Positions 11,834-40,787 of a stretch of DNA of 64,000 nt are shown in pieces. This DNA comes from Azolla caroliniana. Lineage: Eukaryota; Plantae; Polypodiophyta. Every line of letters starts with the position of its first letter. Positions within the stretch are counted from its first letter, which is position 1. Where the stretch lies: the NCBI GenBank assembly GCA_043228905.1, contig JBHGNT010000010.1, forward strand, positions 6,510,001-6,574,000, in the 5' to 3' direction. Both the position numbers and the translations under genes were made by a program. The notes under the pieces were generated by a model that saw only the letters and a list, made by a program, of their open reading frames with translations, searched no databases and had not been told where the DNA came from.

Positions 11834-14800
11834 ATGGAAGGAGGTGTAAGCGGCTTCCCAGGCATGATAGTTCTAAACTCTCAAAATTATGCAGACTGGA
11901 AGATAAAGATGGAAGACCTTCTCATAGTCAAAGACCTGTACAAGCCAATTGATAGAGCAAAAATACCCACGGGGGTATTAGAGTCAGCATGGAAACTTCT
12001 CAACAGAAAGGCGGTGGCCACCTTCTGATAATGCGTCGATGTAAGTGTCCTTCAGCATGTGGTGAACGACACAAATGCCTATGAGATGTGGTAGAAGATG
12101 TCAGGCTAATATGAGAGGAAGAACACCCTCAACAAAACATCTTTGATGAGAAAGATTGTGAAGCTGAAATACAAGGACAGGGAAAGCATAGTCGAGCACG
12201 TCAGAACATTCATGGGGTATGTGAACCAACTTGAGGCAATTAAGTTTCCGCTTGAAGATGCTATGCAGGCCATCCTGCTATTGTGCACCTTGCCGGACAA
12301 CTGGGAGAATCTAGTGGTGACTCTCAACACCTCGTGTTAGGAAGAGAACTTGTCTCTACAAGCCATAAAGACAATCATCTTGAACGAGGAGACTAGAAGG
12401 AAGGACAAGGGTGTCATGGTCCATTCGGAGTCAAATTTGACTCAACATACCGGCAGAGGAAGGAAACGGCAAGGAGTCCACCAAGGAGAGAAAAGTTCCA
12501 TGCCAGATCCAAGTCTAGATGTAAGCTAACACGCTTCTATTGTAGAAAGCTTGGACACTTTCAAAAGGATTGTCGACACCTCAAGAAGGACAAGAGTGTC
12601 AGCAATAATGTCGAACCCAGGAAGTTTCCTGATGGAAAGGGCACATCGGTTGTAGCTACGAGTGCAAAGGAGATTTTGTTCATTTGTGAGCAGGCAAGCA
12701 CAAATCTTGCAAGTGAAGAGTGCACCTGGGTAATCAATTCGGGTGCATCATTCCACATAACTCCATTGAGAGAGTGTTTTTCGACTTACATAGTTGGGGA
12801 TCATGGTTATGTAAAGATGGGAGATCATGGAGAGTGCAAGATAGCTGGCATTGGAAATGTGTGCCTGACGACATCTGTTGAGTGATGTTCATGGAAGTTC
12901 GACATATCCCCGATATCAGATTAAATCTAATATCGATTGGATGATTGGATGACGAAGGCTACAGTGGTAGCTTCTGAAACAGCAAGTGGAAGTTCCGTCG
13001 TGGAAACCTCATAGTGGCACGAGCACAAAAAGAGGATACATTGTACATGATGCATGCCCGAATGTGCAAGTCAGAAGTAAATGTGGCAGCCGACTCAAGT
13101 TGAGAGTTATGGCATAAGAGACTCGACCACATGAGTGAAAAAGGAATGCACATCCTGGCCGACCAGGAACTTCTCCCAGAAGTGAAAGGAGTACACTTGG
13201 AGAAGTGTGTTGACTGCTTAGTCGGAAAGCAGAACAAGAAAACATTCCACACAACACCACCGAGAAGAAGAGAAGTTGCACTGGAACTAGTACACACGGA
13301 TGTGTGCTATGTAGATGCTCCATCGCATTGAGGTGGACAACACTTCGTAACATTTATTGACGACTATAGTCGGAATACATGGGCCTTCGTGTTGAAGACG
13401 AAGGATCAAGTATTGTCAATGTTCAAGAAGTTCCAGGCAAGAACAGAATGGGAGTCGGGTCGGAAGTTGAAGGTTGTCTGAATACTACAAGGCCCAAGGT
13501 ATTTGAATCGAATACACTGTTCAGAAGACCCTGGAGTTGAACGGGCTTGCAGAGACTCGGATGAATTGAACAATCATGGAGAGAGTTAGGAGTATGCTCT
13601 CTCATGCTAAACTGCCAAAAACTTGTATTGGGTTGAGGCGATGTACACGGTTGTTTATATGATCAACAGGTCTCCCTCGGTACCATTGAAAGGTGATGTC
13701 CCACAGAGGGCATGGACAGGAAAAGGTGTCTCCTACCAACACCTGAGGGTGTTTGGATGCTTAGTGTATATGCATGTGGCTAAGGACCAGAAGTCAAAGC
13801 TTGACAGTAAGTCAAAACCATGCATATTCATGGGATACTCGGAGGACGAGTTTGGCTACAAGCTATGGGACTTAGTCGATAAGAAAGTAATGAGGAGCCG
13901 GGATGTAGTCTTCTTGGAAGACAAGACAATAGAGGACTGGAAGCAACAGAAGTTTGATCGACTGCTCAGTCAACCCCTACTACTACTGACATAAGGCCAA
14001 GTGAACCGACACAATCGGTTGTTTGGAGATAGACAATTGGCACAATCAAATCTGAGTCGATGAACTCGCCACAACCTACAAATATAGATGAGTCAAAGTC
14101 GGCAGACCTATTGAAGTTGATTGAGGACTACGAGTCAAAATCAGCTAACTCCCAATGATTGATTGACACATATGAATCTGAGCCAAGAAAAGAGTCGGCA
14201 AAGACATCTGAATTGGAGCTGACAATGAGTGGAAGGAGATACCCACTCAAAGAAAGGAAAGTATCGACGACATATGCCAGTCAATACATCCTCTTGACTG
14301 ATGAAAGTGAACTTGAGTGTTATATAGAAGCCATTGCCGACAAGCACAAGGAGAAATGGCTGAGTGCAATGCAAGACGAGATGGACTCCTTGCATGACAA
14401 CTACACCTATGACCTGGTAGAGCTACCAAAAGGTAAGAGAGCACTCAGAAATAAGTGGGTCTATACGGTGAAGACTGGAGAAGTCAACAGTGCACCCAGA
14501 TATAAAGCCTGCATTGTGATGAAAAGGTTTCCACAAAAAAATATTCCACTAGTCGTAAAGATTACATCCATCTGAACTGTTCTAAGCATTGCTGCGAGCA
14601 TGAATTTGGAGATTAAATAGTTGGATGTCAAGACAACATTCTTGCAGGGGGAGCTAGATGAAGAGATCTACATGCAACAACCCAAAGGCTTTGTGGAGAA
14701 AGGGAAAGAGAACCTGGTGTGTCGATTGAAAAAAAGCTTCTATGGGTTGAAACAACCTCCACGCCAATGGTACAAGAAGTTGGAATCCTTCATGATGGAA

Positions 14801-15859
14801 CATTGGTTCCATAAAACACAAGTTGATCACTGTGTGTTCATCAAAAGCTACAATGAAGGTGACTTCCTAATTCTCTTGTTATATGTGGATGACATGTTGA
14901 TAGTTGGACAAGACACAAAGAGGATTGTAAGCTTGAAGAAAGCATTAGGAAAATCGTTTGCCATGAAAGATCTTGGATGGGTAAAGCATATCTTAGAGAA
15001 GCACATAGTTCGAGATAGAACGAAGAAAGTGTTATTGTTTTCACAAGAGAAATACGTGATGAAGATCCTAGAACGATTCAACATGTCGGAGTCAAAGCCA
15101 GTCAGCTCTGTGTTGCTGATCAACTGCAAGTTGAATGCCAAGGAATACACGAGAGGGGACAAAGAAAAGGTTGAGATGAGGAAAGTACCATATGCCTCAG
15201 CCATCGGTAGTTTAATGTATGATATGGTTTGTACGAGACCAGACATAGCATTTGTTGTGGGGGTAGTAAGCTGATATATGAGTAATCCAGGCAGAGAACG
15301 CTAGGCAATAGTGAAATAGATACCCATGTACTTGAAAGGCACCTCGGGTGTGTGTCTTAGGTATGGTGTCGGAAAACCCATGCTCGAAGGGTTTACCGAC
15401 TCGGAAATTTTGGGGGATACAGACACAAGTCGATCCACTTCGGGGTATGTGATGACCTATGCAGGGGGAGTAGTGTCGTGGCAGTCACGACTGGAGAAGT
15501 CTGTGGCCCTGTCGACCACAGAGGCAAAGTACATGGCAGTGGTAGAGGCCGGCAAAGAGCTAATCTAGATGATAAATTTTCTCAATGAGTTGGGGATGAG
15601 GCAAAGGGAGTTCTTGCTTCATTGTGACATCCAAAGTGCCATACATCTAACAAAGAATGCTACGTACCACTACCGAACCAACCACATACAAAGATGGTAT
15701 CACTGGTTGCGGGAGAAAGTGGAAGAAGAAGAGTTTACCCTTGTGAAGATCCATATTGATGAAAATGGATCCGACATGTTGACAAAGAACCTACCGATGG
15801 ACAAACCCAGAGTCTGTCAATAGAGGACAAGACTAATAGACTCCTCGCCACATGAGTGA
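11834..15859 (+). pseudogene. copia B gag-pol, many stops and frameshifts
   Basis: WKIKMEDLL, LPDNWENLV, INSGASFH, LELVHTDVC, LLLYVDDML, GFTDS, ALSTTEA motifs. Confidence 0.9.
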
Positions 15860-16021
15860 AGGGGAAGTTTGTTGGGAATATGTCCCTCCAATGGGTGAGG
15901 GACAGATATGCACGAAAACATATGTGATGACCTGTCGGTTATGCTCAGCAAACAACACAAAAGGAGGGCAAGAAGATATAGACACACGGATGAAGCTTTA
16001 ATGGAAGCTCTCTTTATTTCT

Positions 16022-16082
<61 letters not shown>

Positions 16083-16084
<2 letters not shown>

Positions 16085-19000
16085 TGGAAGAGCTCACATG
16101 TTTCCCACATGGAGGAGGGGAAAGCACAATTGATTTTCTAATAGGACGCCTTGAAGCTACCCACATGATTAACTCCTTCCAGGTGGCCCCATGCCCTATT
16201 GGTGTAGACCATAGTTTCTTATACTTCGAGCTAAAATGTGATATCTCTAAGGTCACCAACTCTAGTCAACCACGTCATCACACCACAATACATTTCACAC
16301 ATGAGCTCTCTGACATATACTCTCAACATGTTCAGGCCCATCTCTCCTCCCTTGATCCCTCCCTACCTTTAGAAAGCCTTAGTACAAAACTCACACACAT
16401 CCTTCACTCCGCATTAACTAGTAGTTTCCCATATACAAAACACTCAAATCAAGGTAGATCCGGATCTATGCCACAAAATAAATGGTATGATGAGGATTGT
16501 AGGGACTTACATAGACAACTTACAGTATCACAACTCAATGGTAGTATTACCTCCATACAAGCTCGCAAAGAAATGCGCAAGATGACACGTCGTAAGAGAC
16601 GGGCGTGGGAGGCATCCGAATATTGGGAACTCTACCATATGCTCATGAGTAGCGATTGCACCACGGCATGGAAGAGACTACGGGAGCCAAGACCACAAAC
16701 ACCCATTGAAGATCTTGAAACCTGGCACACATATATAGAGAGACTTTACCAAATCCCAAACCAACCACCCATTCCAATGTCTTCCACACCCCGACCTACC
16801 ACGGGGACACTTTTCACGACCTCTAGGGTCGCGAAGGTCATAAAGAAATTACAACATAGGAAGTCCATGGACCACACAGGATTGCGAGCAGAACACATTA
16901 TATATGCGAGAGAGTGCCTAGCTCCCTTGCTAACTCTAATCTTCAATCATGCCCTTGCGGAGGGTTTTCCACCACAGTGGACTATGAGCACAGTGGCCCC
17001 CATACATAAAGGGGGGAACCCCATGGACCCAAATACATATAGGACCATTATGATAGGTCACACCCTTGATAAATTATATGGTGCAGTAAAGGAAGAAGAG
17101 CTTAGCGATTATATGGAGACCCTAAATCTCCGTGCACCTAAACAAGCTGGCTTTAGACGAGCCTTCTCCACCATTGATCATATCTTCACACTTAGATGCT
17201 TAATTGACCAAACTAAGGCTCGCAAGAAGAAATTATATTGTTGTTTTGTGGACTTCCACAAGGCCTTTGACACAGTCCCTAGAGAGCGGTTGTTTGATAG
17301 GCTTAAAAGCTTGAGGATACCAGATGACATGGTCTGGGCCATCTATACACTATATGAACAAGTGTCCGAGTGTGTCCGATGCCCAGGTAGCCTATCCAAT
17401 TGTTTCACTAGCACTATTGGTGTAAAATAAGGTTGCCCCCTATCACCGACACTTTTTGGGATCTACATTGATGAGATCACAGATTTTATTGCTCGGAAGG
17501 GAGGCAACGGAGTAGTCCTTGGGGATACGTAGGTTCGTATCTTGCTCTATGCGGATGACATAGTTTTGCTCTCTGAATCCGAACACGACCTACAAAGGCA
17601 CCTTAATGCCTTAGATGACTTTTGTGCACAACGAGGATTGGTAGTGAATCTAGGGAAAACTAAAGTCCTTATCTTCCACACATCGGCCCAAGTTAGAGCT
17701 AAGTGTCACCTAACTATCTCCCATAGCCCAATTGAGGTGGTTGGATCATACATCTATCTCGGGGTCACTTTCAGTGCTCGCTCAAGTAAATTTTCAATGA
17801 CACAGGAAGCGAAGGATAGACTTACGAGAGGATAGGCATCCCTCTCACTCCTAGAGAGACAATGCCACCAAGCATACTTTCAAGAGCCACGGACTAAAGG
17901 GTGGCTCTTTGACTCATTTGTGGCCCCCTCCCTCATGTATGCATCAGCGGTTTGGGCTCCAGGATTACCATCTTTCATGTGGACACAATTAGAGAGACCA
18001 TTGGTGATGATGTTATCACGCCAACTCCGAAGCAAATCGACAGTACCACATGACATTATTAGGGTTGAGTTCACGTTACCCCCAATGTTAGTAGAGGCAC
18101 TTTTCCAACTTGTAGTCTTTCTTCATAGGATACATAGCCAACCACATGATAGAATATCTCATCAAGCCTTTAAGGCCTCTCGATCATTGTATGAGTCCGG
18201 CTATACTAGCTCATGGTATGGCATGATGGTGAGTTGGCTTCTTGTGAATGGTCTAGACATTAATAACCTACCTCCCCTTAGGTACAACCACACGATTGAT
18301 AACACTTTAATATCTCATGAGGACCGCAATAAAGTAATACGCCAAGACATATGGCAAATTTACACTCGGTATAAATGGATCACCCCACGAGAGCCACTCC
18401 CATCTAAAATGTTGTACTATAAGGAACACTTCATGCACTTCTCTGAGTTAGGTTTTATCACGCGGCCAAAATATCTAGATGTATTCTTACCACATGCACT
18501 AAGGGTTGCCATTGGACAACTTAGAATATCATCTCACCAACTTGAGATTGAGAATGGACGTACTAATGGAGTTCCTAGGGAGGAAAGGATATGTAGGTTA
18601 TGTCACATAGAGATAGAGGATGAGTAACACTTTACATGCAAGTGCCCAATCTATGCCAAGATAAGGGCAAAATACCAAGACATACTTGGTTCCTCTCCCA
18701 CCCTCCCCAAACTATTAGATACTCTAGATATAAAGAAATTAGGCAAATACATTCTAGAGCTAAAACAACACAGAGAGAATAAATTACAAAATGTTGACAA
18801 TAATGTTGCTAATGTTCACCAACATGTAACAAATGAAGTTTTTTAGGAACAGGGGGAGCCAACAAATGTCAACACACTTGCACCACTCGGCCTTTCCCTT
18901 GATGAGGCAGAAAACCAAAGAAGAACCAAACATCCTCGGGTGCTGGGTTTCAAAGCAACTCGACGTGGTGTGGAAGCAATAATGAAAATAAGGGAACATG

Positions 19001-19330
19001 AGCTACACCGCCTAGAAGCCATGGCTAGGACACTCTCTACATTAGAACCATGGGTCACACCCACATCAAAACCCTTTGGCCCCCCACTTCTTTTCGAGAG
19101 GCTTGGGTGGAAATAAAATTAGGATTAGTGTAAAGTCACTTCATTTATCGAGTATACCACGTATTGTACACTACTAGAACTCTTTTAGCTTAAGTTCTAT
19201 GTTTACTTTATTTTAGTTATGATGACTAGATAAATACTCATTTTGTTGTAAACCAATTGTCTCATGGGCCAAATTTGGCCTTAGAAGACGTTAATATTTC
19301 TTTCTTTCTTTCTTTCTTTCTTCTTTCTCT
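16083..19330 (+). mobile_element. 5'-truncated RTEX-like LINE inserted in the (CT)n tract of the copia B 3' LTR
   Basis: Endonuclease end (STIDF..DH), RT (FVDFHKAFD, GCPLSPTLF, YADD), C-terminal SHQLEIENGR..CRLC..H..C; ORF2 ends 19116; (TTTC)n tail ~19297-19327; clade assignment from motifs only. Confidence 0.85.
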
Positions 19331-21359
19331 CTCTCTCTCTCTCTCTCAGAGACTCGATGTACAAGATGATCAAGTGCTCTCTCTTTACAATGTTAGGTTA
19401 TCGCTTATATACTAAACCCTAACTCTTAAGACGAGTTCACACTAGGATACAAAGTGGAAGGAGTCGTCCTTTTATGCAAACAATGGGAGGAGTCGATTGT
19501 TCAACATAACTAATAGTCAAAGACAGGGTGCAACCGACTAGACGGATGCGAACCAACAGTTGAAGAGTCGAAAATAGATGATCCAAGTCGAAGACAAGAT
19601 CGACTAGTCAAGCCGATTGGACAGTCGACACTGGAGTCAGCTAGTCGAATCGACTGCTCGACTAGTCGGCTGATTAACTATTACTGTTATTTAGTATAAT
19701 AATAGGAATGATAATAGCAGTGGCTACATTTGTAAATAGCCCACATAGTGTATAAGTATAAATACACTTAGGGCAAACATATTAGTGTAGAGAACAATAA
19801 ATGTAGAATAGAATCGTTGTGTGTGATCCTCTATTGTTGAGAGTGCGACAGAGAAGAGTGTGTGTGTGAGCAAGAAAGAGAGAGCGGCGCCATAGCCGAG
19901 TGAGGTTTGACACAGAGAGCCCTGAGGGGCTATTACACTCTATAGTGCGAGAGTGTTGTAATCTCGTTATTTAGTATATCCATTGTATAGTGAAGATATG
20001 TTCTCCCGTGGTTTTTCCCCCATTTAGGGTTTCCATGTAAAACTGTGCATTATGTGTATTTGTTGTGTTTCTGTCTTTCTGCGATATTGTCAATTACACA
20101 GTTGGTCTTTCTCACGAATAGAAGAGAATGAATCTCTACAAATTGATTGAATGGATGTCTAGTAAGTTAAGGGATAAGTTCATGTATTGGAAGTCACAAT
20201 CTTCAAGCCATTTCATGTACGCTTAAAGGTTGTACAATGTATTTTGGAACCCATGATATTATATTACTTGCCATTGTTGTCGTGGAGAAAGAAGGCTTTG
20301 CATTCTGTTTTGCAACCTCTTCGATATTTCTTGTGGAAGAAGAGGGATAAGATGGGAATCACATGGGTTGCATGGAATTCTGCAACAACCCCAATTGGAC
20401 TTATCTATTCATATGATGGCTCATAGATTTTTATTATTACAAGACATGCATTCAAACTCACAACCATGATATCTATTGTTCAATATTTCATTGAGAACAA
20501 GAGTTTAACACATGGGAAGACAACGATTAAGGCTTCATGGTGACAATTACTGAATGGATGTATTTCACTTAAGATTCCAGGCTCTTCATTTGTTCAACAC
20601 TTGGTTAACTCATGGCAAGAAACCCTCTTGTTATGTCTATGGAAACCATCACGTAGTAGACATCATTGTAATTCTTTGCATAAAGAGTTACTTATGTCTT
20701 CTCAGATATTATATTGTCTAGGAAAGGAGAGATTGCCCTCTCAATTTAATCGTTTGTTTCATTTGGGGGTCAAAGAGGTGGGAGATATAGTTGAGGCTCC
20801 ATCTCAAATAATTTTGGAGTTTTTCGAATCGCGACAATTATTACGCATCCCACTTAATTATGGGTTTATTTGGCAACAACTACAAAATATTGCATTAATG
20901 CAAGGTCCTTTTCCTCTACAAACAAGAGAACAACCGTGGATTGATTGGTGTTTATGGTGTTAGATGTCGTTGTTATAAGTGACTACTAATCTTTTGTATC
21001 ATTGCTCTATTGAGTCTCCTAGATGGCTATCATCTAAGTTTGAAGAAGAATAGAAACTACACAAATATGATCATGGGTAGTGGTAGATCTTAAAACATAG
21101 TTGGCATTCTAAATTGCCACTTGTAGCAAAGGTCTTCATTTGGAGAGTTTTTATTGGAGGATTGCCTCTAGGATTAGCTCTAAAGCGTCGTGGACTAGCA
21201 ACAGGTAATTACTTCTTTTGCGTTGTTCAAATGGAAGATAGTGCTCATCATTTTATACAATGTCCAATTGTTTGTCAGATTGGGAGTTACATTTCTCAAA
21301 TTTGGCAAGTTTTATCACAATGTTATTTAACGCCTAGACAATGAGTGTTTGCACAATTT

Positions 21360-22517
21360 ACACTCGGTTTAACTACATTCTGCTTGGATCTTTAGATCGA
21401 GCACCTATCTAATGGAATTCTTCTTCATCAGAGCTCTTATATCCATAAAATATTAAAACGGTTTTCTATGAATCAAGCTCATTCTATTAGAATTCCTATG
21501 GTAGTGCGCTCTTTGAACCATTCTCGTGACCCATTTCGGCCAAGATCTTATGACGAGTTAGCATTGGGACCACAATATCCTTACATGGCTAATTGTACAC
21601 ATCCGAACATTTCGTTCATTGTCAATTTGTTGGCTCGGTATAGTCACGATCCTACCAAGCGACACTGGATTGGAATTAAACAGATTTTCCGATATTTACG
21701 AGGCACTAAAGATATGGGTCTTTTCTTTACCACCAGTTCTATGCACGATCAATTGACCAGTTATTTTGACATTGGGTTCTTATCTAACCCTCATGTTGGC
21801 AGACCACAAACAGGTTATGTTTTCCTTGTTGGTGGCATAACGATCTTTTGGTGATCAACAAAGCTGACATTGGCTGCAACATCTTTAAATCATGTTGAGA
21901 TATTGGCATTACATGAAGCAAGTTGAGAATGCCTATAATACAACACTTAATCGGGCATATTGAAAGTTCTTGCCATTTTATCAGCCCCTCATTACCAATG
22001 GTTATCTATGAAGAAGGGCTTCATTAAAGGTGATCGAATCAACCATATTTCTCCCAAGTTTTTCTTTACTCGTGAGCTCAATGATAATATATCAACATCC
22101 AACCTATTACATCAAGCAAGAACTTGGCAAATGGCGAATATTTTTACCAAAAGCTTGCCTGCATCAAAACATTGGTTGAACATTCCTTCTCTTGGACTTA
22201 CAAGATGATCAAAGCTTATGAACTAAAACAATGGTGATGAGATTAGGGGGAGTGTTATGAACTCATGCATGTAATGACTCATGTTATACCTATCTCAGTC
22301 TTAATCTTTAGTTAACAAGTCATGATGTAAATAGTATGCATTAATCCCATCATCATCTAGTGGGTCATAAACTCATGTATCTAAATCATTTTGGCATTCT
22401 ATAGAAGAGGATAGCCTATGAGCTCTATCTAGAGATGATATGTGATTAGTGATCTGGATTAATATCTAATCACTCTTTGATCTTGTTAATAGTCTATAAT
22501 CAGTCTATTCTCTAACA
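21360..22517 (+). mobile_element. Copia 3' fragment (RT end, RNase H) with PPT and 3' LTR 22253-22517
   Basis: HPNISFIVNLLARY..HWIGIKQIFRYLRGT, ANIFTKSL; PPT TAGGGGGAG; LTR TGTTA..TAACA. Confidence 0.8.
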
Positions 22518-22847
22518 CCATCTTTTTAAAATTGAACTTCATGTATAGTATAATTCATGCACAACATTAAAAGAAAATTGCATAATCTTTTTGAAAGAGT
22601 AAATATGTTTTTAATTATGTCAAATGCTAAAAAAAGTAGCATTAATATCTGAATGATGTTTTTTTATTCTCATTCATATAAGTTTTCATGTTTTAATCTC
22701 TTCTCGCCTTTATCCACAAATTATTTTACCATCTCTCCACCTTTATCCACATTATATTGGCAGACTAATAATGTCAAGACCACCTAAAGTCAAGGCATGC
22801 TACTGAGTACAAAAAACATTTGAATTCTAAAGATTTCATGATAAAAA

Positions 22848-23178
22848 CAAAGATAAAGATGGTAAGGTAGAGTAATCCCATAGTAAACTTGAAGCGCGCA
22901 CGATCCATTGAGTTTGAACATCAAAGGAAGGACAGCATGCATTGCATAATATAGCAATAACAAAGATAAAGATGGTAAGGTAGAGTAATCCCATAGTAAA
23001 CTTTAAGCGTGCACAATCCGCTGAGTTTGACCATTGAAGGACAGCATGCATTGGACAATATAGCAATAACAAAGATAAAGATGGTAAGGTAGAGTAATCC
23101 CATAGTAAACTTGAAGCGTGCATGATCAATTGGGTTTGAACATCAAAGGACAGCATGCATTGCACAATATAGCAATAA
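22848..23178. repeat. Tandem repeat, three units of ~109-113 bp
   Basis: CAAAGATAAAGATGGTAAGGTAGAGTAATCCCATAGTAAAC recurs at 22848, 22961, 23070. Confidence 0.9.
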
Positions 23179-23691
23179 CAAACACAAAAGTATCATTTTG
23201 AAAAGCAAGTCACGTATAAATCTCACATCAAAACCCAGAGTTGAAGGTTAGGTAATGTGGATCATTCCTATATGTAGAGTAATGAATCAAAATATCAAGC
23301 CTTTGTAGTTAATCAAGAACACAAAAATTAAGGTAACCATAATAATTACAGGCTTTTCAATAGCATATAAGAATTTCAGTTGATCTAGCCATACCAAATG
23401 CATATAAAAGATATAAGGCTAATTTATTCCATAAAAAGATAATTTTACCTGAATCATACCAACCAATAATCTTAAACTTCCATGTGGAATACAAAAAGAT
23501 TGGTTCAAAACTGGGACGGAAATAATATATTACAATCGCCTTTTATAAAATACCCCCATCATCATCATCATACAACAATGCCAAAACTCTTGCAGAAACT
23601 CCCGGTCAAGCACCTCAAAGCATCATATATCGGAATCTGGACTTCAAAATAAATTAATTCATTTACATCTTGTGTTTTTGTTTTTGGCCTT

Positions 23692-40473
<16,782 letters not shown>

Positions 40474-40474
40474 C

Positions 40475-40493
40475 AGAGAGAGAGAGAGAGAGA
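40475..40493. repeat. (GA)n microsatellite immediately 5' of the ARF ATG, read as (CT)n on the mRNA strand
   Basis: Direct. Confidence 0.9.
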
Positions 40494-40732
40494 ACCGTCA
40501 GCAGCAGCAGAAGAAGAAACCAAAGGAAGAAAGAAAGACGGCGAAGAATCGGCGAGTCTCTGACGGGGAGGAGGAGGAATTTCGCGGTAATCGAAAGGAA
40601 TCCTTCTTCTTCTTTTTCTTATGAGACCTCCCCCCGCGCGGGACTGCTACAGCTGCTGCGTCAAGTGTAGGCTAAAAAAACAAAATACAGAAAAACAAAA
40701 ATAAAAACAAAAGAAAAACAAACGATGACAAC

Positions 40733-40756
40733 GATGATGATGATGATGGATAAAGA

Positions 40757-40786
<30 letters not shown>
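40733..40786. repeat. (GAT)n microsatellite upstream of ARF
   Basis: Direct. Confidence 0.9.

Positions 40787-40787
<1 letters not shown>

Larger units (their letters stand above)
11151..20140 (+). mobile_element. Ty1/copia element B (Tnt1/Tork-like), degenerate, with a LINE in its 3' LTR
   Basis: 5' LTR 11151-11808; PBS TGGTATCAGA at 11812 (tRNA-iMet type); gag-PR-IN-RT-RH remnants; PPT ~15856-15867; 3' LTR 15870-20140; TSD GATTG/AATTG. Confidence 0.92.
9551..21360 (+). mobile_element. Old L1/Tx1-type LINE ORF2 in three pieces (9551-9914, 10641-11150, 20141-~21360)
   Basis: RT motifs PISLMGGLYKIFTKVLANRL, LDLERAYDHVNWSF, QGCPLSPLLF, ALVDD; zf-RVT-like KVFIWRV..GLP near 21120; frame continues across removed insertions (NGRL|IEWMSSKL). 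Confidence 0.8.
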
